The notes: generated from the letters alone by a model not told the origin. Shown: positions 48,616 through 58,832, numbered from the stretch's first letter. The stretch is DNA of 64,000 nt from an uncultured virus (IMG/VR IMGVR_UViG_3300042326_001281) (IMGVR_UViG_3300042326_001281), one strand, 5' to 3'. Made by a program: numbers and translations.

Positions 48616-48806
48616 TGTTTTGTAAAAAATGTAACGGTAAGGTGATGATAGATAGAACATTAAGTTCTGAGATCCATATTGAGTTATACTGTTTAAGATG
48701 TGGTAAAAGATGGCCGATGCGGTATCCTGAAAAATATGGAGGCTTTGGAGTATGGATAATGAATCAAGAGACTCTGTATCAAATGGGAAGAGATATGGGG
48801 TACTAA
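48615..48806 (+). CDS. Small Zn-ribbon protein
   Basis: CKKC...CLRCG. Confidence 0.6.
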   Translation: MFCKKCNGKVMIDRTLSSEIHIELYCLRCGKRWPMRYPEKYGGFGVWIMNQETLYQMGRDMGY

Positions 48807-49285
48807 AAACTTCTAAGTACCGAAGAAAATTATTTATTAATAATGAATTGCATCAAATTATTCATATAAATATACCAGCAGATGTTGTAACAACATGGAA
48901 TTTTATACAAAATAAATTAATTAGATATCCATATAAAAGCACAAAAAAACATGCTCAAAAAGCATATTTAATTAATGAGGTCGGTAAGATGGTAGATCGT
49001 CATCCAGAAAGAATTAGATTTGCCATTAAAGAAGGGCATATAAAAAGACCCCAACAGTCTGGCCCAAAGGGTAAGTTTTATTTTAACGATAATGACATAT
49101 TAGATATTCAAAATTATTTTGCCAACATTCATTATGGTCGTCCTAGAAATGACGGTTCTATAACACCTTTGAAAAGAACCGTGACAAAAGAAGAGGTAGA
49201 TGCTAGACTAGGGCGCAGAGATGTTTTGTACGTTCAAAATGACAAGGGCGAATATATTCCTGTATGGAGGACGGTGGAATTTTAG
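48752..49285 (+). CDS. Putative HTH DNA-binding protein (MerR-like)
   Basis: YLINEVGKMVDRHPERIR...G.I..P...YF..NDI pattern. Confidence 0.5.
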   Translation: MDNESRDSVSNGKRYGVLKTSKYRRKLFINNELHQIIHINIPADVVTTWNFIQNKLIRYPYKSTKKHAQKAYLINEVGKMVDRHPERIRFAIKEGHIKRPQQSGPKGKFYFNDNDILDIQNYFANIHYGRPRNDGSITPLKRTVTKEEVDARLGRRDVLYVQNDKGEYIPVWRTVEF

Positions 49286-49599
49286 TGGTTAAAAAGAAAA
49301 CTGAAGAAGATGAATTAGTAAATTTTATTGGTGAAACAATTAGTACAGAAAGTGCGTTGCTTGCTTGCTCAATTAATCTTATGCGTGCAGGAGATATTGC
49401 AAAGGCAACCGCCGACTCTGAAGGCTTGCTCAAGGTGGCTAAGGCGTGGTATGATTTGGCTAAGTATTTAGGCGGAGAGCAAGATGATGATAAAGGAAAT
49501 CCAATTGGATTCCTTGCTGAATTGGAGACATTAGATGACCCAGGAAGTGAGCCCGACGAGGGTGAGAGTGGGATTGAAATTCGTTCGAAATCTTGGTAA
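49264..49599 (+). CDS. Hypothetical protein
   Basis: Clean ORF; alternative GTG start at 49285. Confidence 0.45.
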   Translation: MEDGGILVVKKKTEEDELVNFIGETISTESALLACSINLMRAGDIAKATADSEGLLKVAKAWYDLAKYLGGEQDDDKGNPIGFLAELETLDDPGSEPDEGESGIEIRSKSW

Positions 49600-49753
49600 T
49601 TATGAGAACATCCATGTTGACGTAGGTGTTGAAGATAACGTCAGGCAGGGAGAAAATGTATCTCAGGCTATGGATCGTGTATACGATTTTGTAGAAGAAC
49701 AACTCATTCAGCGCGTGCAGGAGATTGAGGCTGATTTAAGTGGCAGCAAGTAA
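49535..49753 (+). CDS. Hypothetical protein
   Basis: GGAG SD; RNLGNYENI motif. Confidence 0.5.
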   Translation: MTQEVSPTRVRVGLKFVRNLGNYENIHVDVGVEDNVRQGENVSQAMDRVYDFVEEQLIQRVQEIEADLSGSK

Positions 49754-50078
49754 AAACGATAAGCAATCATACGCCTTACTATCAGAATACATTGGGCTAT
49801 ACCGTAATAAATACGGCACTGCTCCAGTAATTAATAAGTATAAAGAAAAGTGGGGGATGCTATCCCTCATTGAAGATTTTGGTGTAGAGGCTGTTGGATA
49901 TACACTAGAGTTTTATTTTAAACTATCTAAAGACATGCACCCGCTACCTTGGTTCTATAATAATTTTTCCACCATACATAATTCTAGACTGGCTGCGGAA
50001 AAAGATGATAGGATAAGGTCGGCAGCAAGAGAGCAGACTCAAAAATTACGAGCGGAGTATTTGAATGGCGTACACTGA
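49740..50078 (+). CDS. Hypothetical protein (possible helicase loader)
   Basis: Directly upstream of and overlapping dnaB. Confidence 0.45.
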   Translation: MAASKNDKQSYALLSEYIGLYRNKYGTAPVINKYKEKWGMLSLIEDFGVEAVGYTLEFYFKLSKDMHPLPWFYNNFSTIHNSRLAAEKDDRIRSAAREQTQKLRAEYLNGVH

Positions 50079-51288
50079 GGAAGTAGAGGTAATCTCTTCA
50101 GTCTGTAAGAATAAAGATATCCATGTGCTGTTTGATAACAATGCTGATGAGTTAATTAAAGACTGTGCAGATGTATGGGGATTTATCAAAGACTACTACG
50201 ATCAGACCCGTCAAATTCCCGACTCCGATTTGCTCGTAACAAGATTCAAAGACTTTGAGCCAGTACAGTCGGGCCCTACTATCTACCATGTTGATAGATT
50301 ACGTCAAGCGTACCTTCATGAGTCTTTAAGCAACTCTTTACGCCGTGCTGCCAATTTAGTAAATAATAATGAATCTGGTAATGCGCTAAAAGAATTGTCT
50401 AAAGATATTACTGTCATGTCTCGCTTGGGGGCGAAAGTAAGAGACATTGATGTAACAGATGTTGATAGCGCGCTCTCCTATTTTGAACAGACCAGAAAGT
50501 CGGCGGAGAATGGGGAGGTAGGTATTAAAACAGGTATTACCTCGTTTGATGTGTGCCTGCCTATGGGTATTGCTAAGGGGCAACTTGGAATTTTGATGGC
50601 CTACCCTGGAATTGGAAAGTCATGGCTAGCCCTTTATTTTGCTGTACAGGCATGGAAGCATGGGTACAAGCCCATGATTGTGAGTCTTGAAATGACTGAG
50701 ACTGAAGTTCGTAATAGAATCTTTGCAATCATTGGTGATGGATTTTTTAGCCATAGGGCCTTGAGTGCTGGCAGAGTAAGTGATAATGAGTTTAGGCTTT
50801 GGGCGGAGAAGACTTTAGAAGGCCGTCCTCCGTTTAAAATCATCTCTAATGATACTGGCGCAGAGATGACTCCTAACGTTATTACATCTAAGATTGATCA
50901 GTACCGTCCAGATATAGTTATTGTTGATTACCTACAGTTGATGAATGATAATTCAGGTACATCAAACAATGAGACGGTTAAGATTAAAAATCTATCAAGA
51001 GAATTAAAACTCTTAGCAATCTCTCAAAAACTTCCTATCATTGCTATTGCTTCTGCTACACCAGATGATGCAACAGATCTAGAATCTGTACCACAACTTG
51101 GACAGGTTGCATGGTCACGACAAATTGCATATGACAGTGATTGGGTATTGGGCATGGGGCGTAAGGCTAACTCTACTGTTCTAGAAGCGGTGCTACGAAA
51201 AAATCGTAGTGGATATATGGGCGCGTTCTACTTAGACATAGATTTAGATAGAGGAATCTTTAAAGAAATTATTGATCCAATTGAATAG
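50065..51288 (+). CDS. dnaB: DnaB-like replicative helicase
   Basis: Walker A AYPGIGKS; SLEM; IVDYLQLM; LSRELKLLA; KNR. Confidence 0.9.
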   Translation: MAYTEEVEVISSVCKNKDIHVLFDNNADELIKDCADVWGFIKDYYDQTRQIPDSDLLVTRFKDFEPVQSGPTIYHVDRLRQAYLHESLSNSLRRAANLVNNNESGNALKELSKDITVMSRLGAKVRDIDVTDVDSALSYFEQTRKSAENGEVGIKTGITSFDVCLPMGIAKGQLGILMAYPGIGKSWLALYFAVQAWKHGYKPMIVSLEMTETEVRNRIFAIIGDGFFSHRALSAGRVSDNEFRLWAEKTLEGRPPFKIISNDTGAEMTPNVITSKIDQYRPDIVIVDYLQLMNDNSGTSNNETVKIKNLSRELKLLAISQKLPIIAIASATPDDATDLESVPQLGQVAWSRQIAYDSDWVLGMGRKANSTVLEAVLRKNRSGYMGAFYLDIDLDRGIFKEIIDPIE

Positions 51289-51310
51289 TTAACTACAGTA
51301 TAATAGACAT

Positions 51311-51613
51311 GTGGAGTATGTCGGACATAAAAGAATAAAAGAATTTCATATCGATGGAATGATCGAAGATGATGCTGTCATTCCACAAATTCGTGAGAGA
51401 TATGAAAACATTCTTATCGACATGATGAGATCAAATGGTTATGTCCCGCATCTTGACGTAGATCCAGCCTTTAGCCTAGAATATAAGGGTGAGAACTATA
51501 CGTTCCTGTTGACTATCTATGGAGTATATGTTGGAAAGGCTAAGGCACAATGCTATCTAGCAGTAAGCGGAAACAATCTTATACCAATGAATTTTATACA
51601 GAAGGACAGATAG
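51311..51613 (+). CDS. Conserved hypothetical protein (GTG start, likely leaderless)
   Basis: TATAAT at 51299-51304 lies 6 nt before the GTG. Confidence 0.55.
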   Translation: MEYVGHKRIKEFHIDGMIEDDAVIPQIRERYENILIDMMRSNGYVPHLDVDPAFSLEYKGENYTFLLTIYGVYVGKAKAQCYLAVSGNNLIPMNFIQKDR

Positions 51614-52497
51614 AGTCTATTCTTAGGTCTTCCGACATTAAAATCGGCGGAGAAATCGATACTCACTTCCTTCTGTTTTGCCCATTTCACTATAACGTTC
51701 ATACCCCTGCATGTGAGATTGATAAATCTAACGGAATGTTTATTTGCTTCTCATGTGGTGAGTCGGGGTCGCTAGTGGATATGGTTATGAGTGTCACTAA
51801 TAGAAACTATTTTGAGGCCACCCGACTAATTAATTCTAAGAAAGACGACGTTGATATCAAGCGTGTCATAGATGAAGAAATTGATAGGCCACTAGATTCA
51901 CCAGAGTTTGATATGAATCTTATTAGCCGCCTACATGATGATTTAAAATGTAACAGTCGTGCTAAAGAGTATTTTCTAGGCAGGAATATTAGCGAATCGT
52001 CTATGGAAGAATTTTTATTAGGCTACTCTCCTAAGCAGGATATGGTAACAGTCCCAGTTTTTGATGAATTCAACAAATGCTTAGGATTTGTTGGTAGGTC
52101 GGTAGAAGGAAAAGCCTTTAAAAATAGTACAGGTCTTCCTAAGAGTAAGGCTTTATTTAATCTTAATAAATCTAAGCGAGGAAGCATAATCGTTGTAGAG
52201 TCGTCGTTCGATGCAATCAGATTACATCAAGTAGGGTTAAAGGCGGTGGCTACGTTAGGAGCAACGGTAAGTAGATACCAAATTTCCTTGCTTCAAAAAT
52301 ACGCAACCAGTATCATTATATGTCCAGACAATGATGACGCGGGGGTAAAGATGATTGATAAGATCACTACTAATATCAAAAATAAGTCAGTAGAAGTAAT
52401 TAATCTAAAGACTGGTAAAGATGTAGGTGATCTCAATGATGATGAGATCAAAAATATGTTTAGAAATGCTGGAAATAGTTTAATATTAGCGCTATAA
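51550..52497 (+). CDS. dnaG: DNA primase
   Basis: CPFH...CFSCG zinc finger; TOPRIM VESSFD and DNDDAG. Confidence 0.9.
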   Translation: MLSSSKRKQSYTNEFYTEGQIESILRSSDIKIGGEIDTHFLLFCPFHYNVHTPACEIDKSNGMFICFSCGESGSLVDMVMSVTNRNYFEATRLINSKKDDVDIKRVIDEEIDRPLDSPEFDMNLISRLHDDLKCNSRAKEYFLGRNISESSMEEFLLGYSPKQDMVTVPVFDEFNKCLGFVGRSVEGKAFKNSTGLPKSKALFNLNKSKRGSIIVVESSFDAIRLHQVGLKAVATLGATVSRYQISLLQKYATSIIICPDNDDAGVKMIDKITTNIKNKSVEVINLKTGKDVGDLNDDEIKNMFRNAGNSLILAL

Positions 52498-52547
52498 TAT
52501 TTATATCGGCCCATGTATAGGGTCAAATACTTTTTAGGAGAACTATC

Positions 52548-53201
52548 ATGTCAGTTATTACAGGTCTAAAGAATATTAAGAGTAAGATGGAGCGTCCTCA
52601 GACAGAGGAAGGCACCCGCGCACGTTGGCTCAAGTTGGAAGATGGTCAGAGCGTGAAGATCCGCTTTGTTAATGAACTTGATCCCGATTCCCCAAGTTAT
52701 GATAAAGATCGTGGACTTGCCATTGTTGTCGCAGAACACACTAACCCCAGAGATTATCGCCGTAAGGGTCTTTGCAGCCTGGATGATGAGGGTCGTTGCT
52801 TTGGATGCGAGATGCACCGTAAGGACCCCAAGGCTGGATGGAAGGCACGCTTGCGTTTCTACACCAACGTACTAGTTGATGACGGTACTGAGCAGTATGT
52901 TGCCGTATGGTCACAAGGCGTAGGTCAGAAGTCACCCGCCACAAACATGCTAATTGAGTATGCTGGAGATACAGGATCTATTTCCAATCTCCAGTGGCGT
53001 CTCAAGCGCAGCGGTACTGGTACACAAACAAGTTACACACTTATCCCACTTGCTACCGACACAGAAAAGTTTGAGTGGAAGAACGTAGAGCCTTTTGAAC
53101 TAGAAAAGGTCGCGGTTCGTAATGTTTCCTATCCAGACCAGGAAGCATTCTACATGGGCGTAGATGTTGATACCTCGTCTAGTACTAATGTCGATTGGTA
53201 A
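52548..53201 (+). CDS. Single-stranded DNA-binding protein (phage gp32-like)
   Basis: H...C...CxxC; KRSGTGTQTSY; acidic C-terminus ending in W; located between primase and polymerase. Confidence 0.7.
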   Translation: MSVITGLKNIKSKMERPQTEEGTRARWLKLEDGQSVKIRFVNELDPDSPSYDKDRGLAIVVAEHTNPRDYRRKGLCSLDDEGRCFGCEMHRKDPKAGWKARLRFYTNVLVDDGTEQYVAVWSQGVGQKSPATNMLIEYAGDTGSISNLQWRLKRSGTGTQTSYTLIPLATDTEKFEWKNVEPFELEKVAVRNVSYPDQEAFYMGVDVDTSSSTNVDW

Positions 53202-53216
53202 TAAAATCTTGATCGT

Positions 53217-53256
53217 TGAGTAAGCAGTAGGATATACTCCTACTGCTTACTCATTT
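53217..53256 (+). terminator. 16-bp perfect inverted repeat (terminator overlapping a promoter)
   Basis: TGAGTAAGCAGTAGGA-TATAC-TCCTACTGCTTACTCA-TTT. Confidence 0.7.
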
Positions 53257-53267
53257 ATTGGAGGACC

Positions 53268-56200
53268 GTGTTTCATAATCATCATTCACACTCTTACTAT
53301 TCTCTTCTAGACGGATATTCTTCTCCAGAAGAACTAGTAAAGCGTGCAGCAGAAGTAGGCATGAGCAGCCTAAGTATTACCGACCACGGGACATTGAGTG
53401 GTCACAGGGATATGATAAAGGCAGGCCGCGACAATAACATTAAACCTATTCTTGGTCTAGAGGCGTATTTCACTACTGATCGACTAGATAAAAGGTCTAG
53501 GAAAGAACGCACTCCAGATGATCAAATCTATAACCATCTTATCGTACTAGCCAAGAATGATGTTGGTTTAGATAATCTGAACCTTATTTCCAGGAATGCC
53601 TGGGAAGAAGGATTTTTTGTTAAGCCACGCACCGACTTTGACATGCTTGAGTCTAATAAAAACGGTTTAGTTATTCTATCGGGTTGTATGAATAGTATTA
53701 TTGCTAAGGCATTTGAGAACGATAACCCTACTGCCGCCCGACAATATGCTGGATGGTTCAAGGATGTATTTGGCGATGATTTTTACATGGAAATTCAGCC
53801 CCACAACCCTGCTGATTTGAACCATAATTTGTTAGATCTTGCAGACTCTATGGGGATTAAGTCTGTGGTAACTCTAGATTGTCACTTTGCCTCTCCAAAA
53901 GATCGGATAGCGGAAGAGATCATGCTCATCCTTGGAACTCATCCTAATGTGCTTAAGGAAGCAGATTTTAATAAGAGTCGTAAGATTAAAGATCTTATGG
54001 AGAGACTAGACTATCTATATGGTGATAGGCAAATGTCATTTAAGGATCTAGATATTTGGCTTATGGGGTATCAGGATGTTAAGGACCGTATGCTCGCTCA
54101 GGGTATTGAGCGTGAAGATATCTATGAACACAGCCTAGAGATCTCAGATAAGATCAGCGGCTATGATATTAAAGAGAACCTTGATCTACTTCCTGTTAAG
54201 CATAAAGATCCTGACGAGGAATTAAAGAAGAGAGTCATGGATGGGCTCCGCGAAAAAGAACTTATTGAATTAGAATATCTTGATCGTGTCAAGGAAGAAT
54301 TGCAGATTATTAAAGAGAAAAACTTTGCATCATACTTTCTTGTTGTAGCAAATATGATTAGTTGGGCTAAGAATAATGGAATCCTTGTAGGCCCTGGTCG
54401 TGGATCAGCGGCGGGGAGTCTAATCTGCTACGCTCTGGGAATCACTGATGTTGATCCTATTGAGCATGGGCTACTATTCTTTCGATTTATTAATCCAGAA
54501 AGAAATGACTTTCCTGATATCGATACAGATTATGAAGACCGCCGTCGAACGGAGGTAAAAGACTACCTAATCTCTGAGTATCAGCATGTCGCTGCTATCG
54601 CTACATTCAATACTTTTAGGGATAAGGGAGTCGTTAGAGACGTTGCTAGAGCCTTTGGCATCCCACTTACAGAGGTAAATAAAGCATTGAAGGGCGTTGA
54701 GACCTGGGAAGAATTCATGCGTAGTTCTACTGCCTCAGACTTCCGCTCACGTTACCCAGAAGTTGTTGAGTATGCTGATAGATTGCGTGGTCGTATTCGT
54801 GGCACAGGTTTACATGCGGCAGGTATTGTAACTTCCAAAGATGATATCTCTAAGTACGCCCCCATTGAAACTCGTAAAGATTCTCACAGCGATAATAGAA
54901 TTTCTGTTGTCGCAGTAGATATGGAACAGGCGGCAGAGATTGGATTGATTAAGATCGATGCTCTTGGACTCAAGACTCTCACTGTTGTAAAAGATACGTT
55001 GGAAAGCGTGAAAGAGCGTAAAGGTATTGAGATTAATCTTAAAGATATTCCAATGGATGATTCAGAGGTTTATGCGGATCTTTCTGCTGGATTTACTAAA
55101 GGCGTTTTCCAGGCAGAAGCGACTCCTTATACCAACCTTCTCATAAAAATGGGGGTAAGTAATCTTAATGAACTTTCTGCTTCAAACGCTCTCGTACGCC
55201 CAGGGGCTATGAATACTATTGGTGCAGATTATATTAAAAGAAAGAAGGGCCGTCAGGCAGTATCTTATATTCATCCAATTGTTAAGGAGTTCACAGAAGA
55301 TACTTATGGGTGTATCCTTTACCAGGAACAAGTTATGCAAGCCTGTGTTTACTTGGGTGGAATGACGATGGCAGAGGCAGATAAGGTTCGTAAGATTATT
55401 GGAAAGAAGAAGGATGCAAAAGAATTTGACCAGTTCAAGGATCAATTTGTTTCTGGCGCTTCACGACACATTTCTAAGGAATCCGCCGAAAAACTCTGGC
55501 ATACTTTTGAGGCCCATGCTGGATACTCCTTTAATAAGAGTCATGCTGTGGCCTACTCTACGCTATCTTATTGGACGGCTTGGCTTAAGAGATACTACCC
55601 AATAGAGTTCATGTATTCATTGCTTAAGAATGAATTAGATAAAGATAAGAGAACTGATTATCTTATTGAAGCCAAAAGAATGAATATTAAGATTCGCCTC
55701 CCACACATCAATGAGTCTGGAGAAGACTTCACACTTGAGGGTGATGCTATTAGATTTGGGCTTGGAAATATTAAATACTTATCTGCTGGGATTTCTAAAA
55801 AGATTCTTGCTGGACGCCCGTTTAGTTCATACAAAGAGTTTATTGAATTCACTAGTAAAAAGGGTTCTGGTATTAATAGTCGTGCTGTCGATGCACTTAA
55901 TAGAATTGGCGCTGCGGCATTTGAGGATAATCCAAGAACTGGCGATGAAAGAGAAAGCCTATATGAATTCTTAAATATTCCAGAGTTTGTTACTAATATT
56001 CCTCGTTGGGTAGAATCATACTTTAGACCTCTAGAAGAATATGATGAAAATGGTGCCTTCATTGTTATGGGGATGGTCAAATCTATTAAGCGAGGGGAGG
56101 GGTGGAGTAGAGTAGAAATAGTCGATAAGACAGGCAGTGTGGGGGTATTCCATAATCAAGATACAACGATTGAGCCTGGAAAGATGTATATCCTACTAAT

Positions 56201-56525
56201 ATCAGATAACAGGATTCTATCTTATCTAGCCCCAGATTCCCTTGACTCTAGCACTAGTTCTTTTGTACAATTTCTAAAGGCAAAGACTATGACTCTTGGA
56301 CCAGAAGAATATTTTGTTGTAGACATGGAGCCAAGAAGAACTAAAAAAGGTGACAAAATGGCTAATGCAGTCCTTGCTAATGAAGACAAAGAACTTATGT
56401 CTATTGTAATTTTTCCTTCTATGTACGCAGAAGCATTAGCAAAAATGAGGCCAGGGATGCACTGTAAGCCTATATTCAGTGAAACAACTTCTGGCGCTAC
56501 AACACTTAAAGGATTTATTAGATGA
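53268..56525 (+). CDS. dnaE: DNA polymerase III alpha subunit (family C)
   Basis: PHP motifs HSHSYYSLLDG and ITDHG; GPGRGSAAGS; FPDIDTD; HAAG; KIDALGL; YSFNKSHA. Confidence 0.95.
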   Translation: MFHNHHSHSYYSLLDGYSSPEELVKRAAEVGMSSLSITDHGTLSGHRDMIKAGRDNNIKPILGLEAYFTTDRLDKRSRKERTPDDQIYNHLIVLAKNDVGLDNLNLISRNAWEEGFFVKPRTDFDMLESNKNGLVILSGCMNSIIAKAFENDNPTAARQYAGWFKDVFGDDFYMEIQPHNPADLNHNLLDLADSMGIKSVVTLDCHFASPKDRIAEEIMLILGTHPNVLKEADFNKSRKIKDLMERLDYLYGDRQMSFKDLDIWLMGYQDVKDRMLAQGIEREDIYEHSLEISDKISGYDIKENLDLLPVKHKDPDEELKKRVMDGLREKELIELEYLDRVKEELQIIKEKNFASYFLVVANMISWAKNNGILVGPGRGSAAGSLICYALGITDVDPIEHGLLFFRFINPERNDFPDIDTDYEDRRRTEVKDYLISEYQHVAAIATFNTFRDKGVVRDVARAFGIPLTEVNKALKGVETWEEFMRSSTASDFRSRYPEVVEYADRLRGRIRGTGLHAAGIVTSKDDISKYAPIETRKDSHSDNRISVVAVDMEQAAEIGLIKIDALGLKTLTVVKDTLESVKERKGIEINLKDIPMDDSEVYADLSAGFTKGVFQAEATPYTNLLIKMGVSNLNELSASNALVRPGAMNTIGADYIKRKKGRQAVSYIHPIVKEFTEDTYGCILYQEQVMQACVYLGGMTMAEADKVRKIIGKKKDAKEFDQFKDQFVSGASRHISKESAEKLWHTFEAHAGYSFNKSHAVAYSTLSYWTAWLKRYYPIEFMYSLLKNELDKDKRTDYLIEAKRMNIKIRLPHINESGEDFTLEGDAIRFGLGNIKYLSAGISKKILAGRPFSSYKEFIEFTSKKGSGINSRAVDALNRIGAAAFEDNPRTGDERESLYEFLNIPEFVTNIPRWVESYFRPLEEYDENGAFIVMGMVKSIKRGEGWSRVEIVDKTGSVGVFHNQDTTIEPGKMYILLISDNRILSYLAPDSLDSSTSSFVQFLKAKTMTLGPEEYFVVDMEPRRTKKGDKMANAVLANEDKELMSIVIFPSMYAEALAKMRPGMHCKPIFSETTSGATTLKGFIR

Positions 56526-56860
56526 ACTTAGATTATTTAGCAGATAAATTGCATGAAACAGCAGTAGAAAAAGGTTTTTGGGACGCACTAGGATCTCTAC
56601 CAGAAGAGGATAAGTTTATCTTCTATGCAAAACAGATTGCAATGATTCATTCAGAAGCAACAGAGGTACTAGAGGCTCTTAGAAAATCAAAAGGGCACGA
56701 TCAAGTTGTAGAAGAACTAGCAGACATTATCATTAGAGTTCTTGATTTGTATCAAGGTCTTTTAGATAACGGAGAAGTAGTTTATAGTCTGCATAAAACA
56801 GTTAAGTCCAAAGCAGAAGTAAATAAAAGAAGGGCACGGCTGCACGGCACCCGTGGATGA
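56522..56860 (+). CDS. MazG-like NTP pyrophosphohydrolase
   Basis: IHSEATEVLEA...EELADIIIRVLD. Confidence 0.75.
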   Translation: MNLDYLADKLHETAVEKGFWDALGSLPEEDKFIFYAKQIAMIHSEATEVLEALRKSKGHDQVVEELADIIIRVLDLYQGLLDNGEVVYSLHKTVKSKAEVNKRRARLHGTRG

Positions 56861-57095
56861 TATAATGGATGCTTACTTTCTGCATGGTTCAGATGGAGAA
56901 AAACTTCTTGTTATTCGTGGACACGATGAAGAACTTATGCAGCAAATAATATCAACATTAGGTCGTTCTAGAAACGACGAGATAAAAAATTTATCGGAAG
57001 TATTGGAGAATCACTTTAATGAGCGACATGATGATGGAGGAAGTTCTATCCAAATTAGATCCAAAAATAAGAAAGATGGTGGGAAGCGCCGCTAA
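56853..57095 (+). CDS. Hypothetical protein
   Basis: Fills the gap between the MazG-like gene and recA. Confidence 0.4.
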   Translation: MDDIMDAYFLHGSDGEKLLVIRGHDEELMQQIISTLGRSRNDEIKNLSEVLENHFNERHDDGGSSIQIRSKNKKDGGKRR

Positions 57096-58026
57096 TGTAG
57101 AAATACATAAGCAGAAAACTCCAAGTCTTTCTCTAAACGTTGCTCTAAAAGGAGGGCTAGCGTATGGTCGGCAAGTTCTTATCTGGGGCAATAAAAGTGC
57201 TGGAAAGTCCTCATTCTGCCTGCAACTTATTGCAGATGCCCAGAAAGAAGGGAAGACATGCGCGTGGATCGATTCCGAACAGTCATATTCTCCTGAATGG
57301 GCTGAAAAACTTGGAGTCGATTCCTCAAAACTTATTTATTCCTCCGCAAAAACAATTAACGACATGGTTGATATTGGGACGCAACTTATCCAGTCGGGAG
57401 TGGACCTCCTTGTTGTAGACTCCATCTCTGCACTACTGCCAGCAATCTACTTTGAAAAAGATGGCTCTGAACTAAAGCAGTTGCAAGATACTAAACAAAT
57501 TGGAGCGGAGGCAAAGGATATGACTCACGCGGTCAAAATGTTGAACTACGTTAATGATAAAACCCTTCTCATCCTTATCTCTCAACAACGCAACCAGTTT
57601 GGCTCTATGCACGCTAGCCATATTCCCACAGGTGGAATGGCTGTAAAGTTCTTTTCTAGTACAATTGTTAAACTATGGTCAAGTGAAGCAGAGGCTTCAA
57701 GCATCAAGGATAAAATTGCAGTAGGAGATAAGTTAATTGAACAGAAGGTTGGTCGCCCCGTTAATTGGACTATTGACTATAACAAAACTGGTCCACAGTT
57801 TATTACGGGGTCATACGATTTTTATTTCCAGGGATCACATGTAGGAGTAGATCAGGTCGCGGACCTAGTTGATAGCGCCGAAATGCTAGGCGTTATTGAG
57901 CGTGGCGGTGCGTGGTATACAGTCCTAGGTGATCGCATCCAAGGTCGCGCTAATGTTATTGACAGGGTAAGAGAAGACCTTGATATGCAAGAAGAACTTA
58001 CAAAATTGGTGTATGAAAAAATATGA
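57019..58026 (+). CDS. recA: RecA/UvsX-like recombinase
   Basis: GNKSAGKS Walker A; WIDSE; VVDSI; TGGMAVKF; GAWY. Confidence 0.9.
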   Translation: MSDMMMEEVLSKLDPKIRKMVGSAANVEIHKQKTPSLSLNVALKGGLAYGRQVLIWGNKSAGKSSFCLQLIADAQKEGKTCAWIDSEQSYSPEWAEKLGVDSSKLIYSSAKTINDMVDIGTQLIQSGVDLLVVDSISALLPAIYFEKDGSELKQLQDTKQIGAEAKDMTHAVKMLNYVNDKTLLILISQQRNQFGSMHASHIPTGGMAVKFFSSTIVKLWSSEAEASSIKDKIAVGDKLIEQKVGRPVNWTIDYNKTGPQFITGSYDFYFQGSHVGVDQVADLVDSAEMLGVIERGGAWYTVLGDRIQGRANVIDRVREDLDMQEELTKLVYEKI

Positions 58027-58214
58027 TCGATCCTAAAACATTTATTAAAAATCCATCAAAAAGTAAAACTACATATAAAGATATAGACGGAAGTTTCTCC
58101 TGCTCTGAATGCTTTGAAACAACTCGTATGGGCAAATATGATTCAGAGAATAAAAAAGTTTTTTGGGTATGTTCTAATGGACATGAGAATAGTGCTAGGC
58201 TAGTTTATGAGTGA
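58023..58214 (+). CDS. Small Zn-ribbon protein
   Basis: CSEC...CSNGH. Confidence 0.55.
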   Translation: MIDPKTFIKNPSKSKTTYKDIDGSFSCSECFETTRMGKYDSENKKVFWVCSNGHENSARLVYE

Positions 58215-58515
58215 ACGGTCTGAATTAAAACGAATGGGTGCAAAGGCTCATAAAAATAGTGGTCGCGGTCAATATCAAAAAGCCGATGGAAACATAGATA
58301 GGTTTGTAATCGATGTAAAAGAATATGGTAAGTCAATATCACTAAACCAAGATATGTGGGCTAAGATTGTTACCGATTGCCTTAAGACAGATAATACAAA
58401 GAATCCTTTGCTTCAGGCTGTATTAGGTAGCGGCGGAAGAAGGACTAGGCTCGCCGTTATTGAGTGGGAAGTACTAGAGGAATTATTGGAGGAGATAGAT
58501 GGAAAATACAATTGA
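58207..58515 (+). CDS. Hjc-like Holliday junction resolvase / PD-(D/E)xK nuclease
   Basis: NSGRG..KADG...IDVKE. Confidence 0.6.
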   Translation: MSERSELKRMGAKAHKNSGRGQYQKADGNIDRFVIDVKEYGKSISLNQDMWAKIVTDCLKTDNTKNPLLQAVLGSGGRRTRLAVIEWEVLEELLEEIDGKYN

Positions 58516-58831
58516 TCTTATTAATCAGGTGTCGGAGTTCGCTGACATTCATGATTTTGTCAGCGATGACGGGCTTGATGAGGCGATGGCTGCTATTGTA
58601 AAAATTATTTCAAAGCCAGACATTCCTCCTGTCCAGGCACTTACTTTAATTGCAAAACTTCAGGCTTTATCTGCTAAGTTTGGAATTCTTGCAGCATGGT
58701 ATTCGACGGCGGCTAAAGGCCCTACTGGATCTCCAAATAACATTAAAAAGAATATCTACTATTCAACAAAGGATGCCCTAGACAAATTAGTAGACAGTTT
58801 GAAGTACATCGTAAGATATAATTTAGGTTAA
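58499..58831 (+). CDS. Hypothetical helical protein
   Basis: Coupled ORF with GGAG SD. Confidence 0.5.
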   Translation: MENTIDLINQVSEFADIHDFVSDDGLDEAMAAIVKIISKPDIPPVQALTLIAKLQALSAKFGILAAWYSTAAKGPTGSPNNIKKNIYYSTKDALDKLVDSLKYIVRYNLG

Positions 58832-58832
58832 T

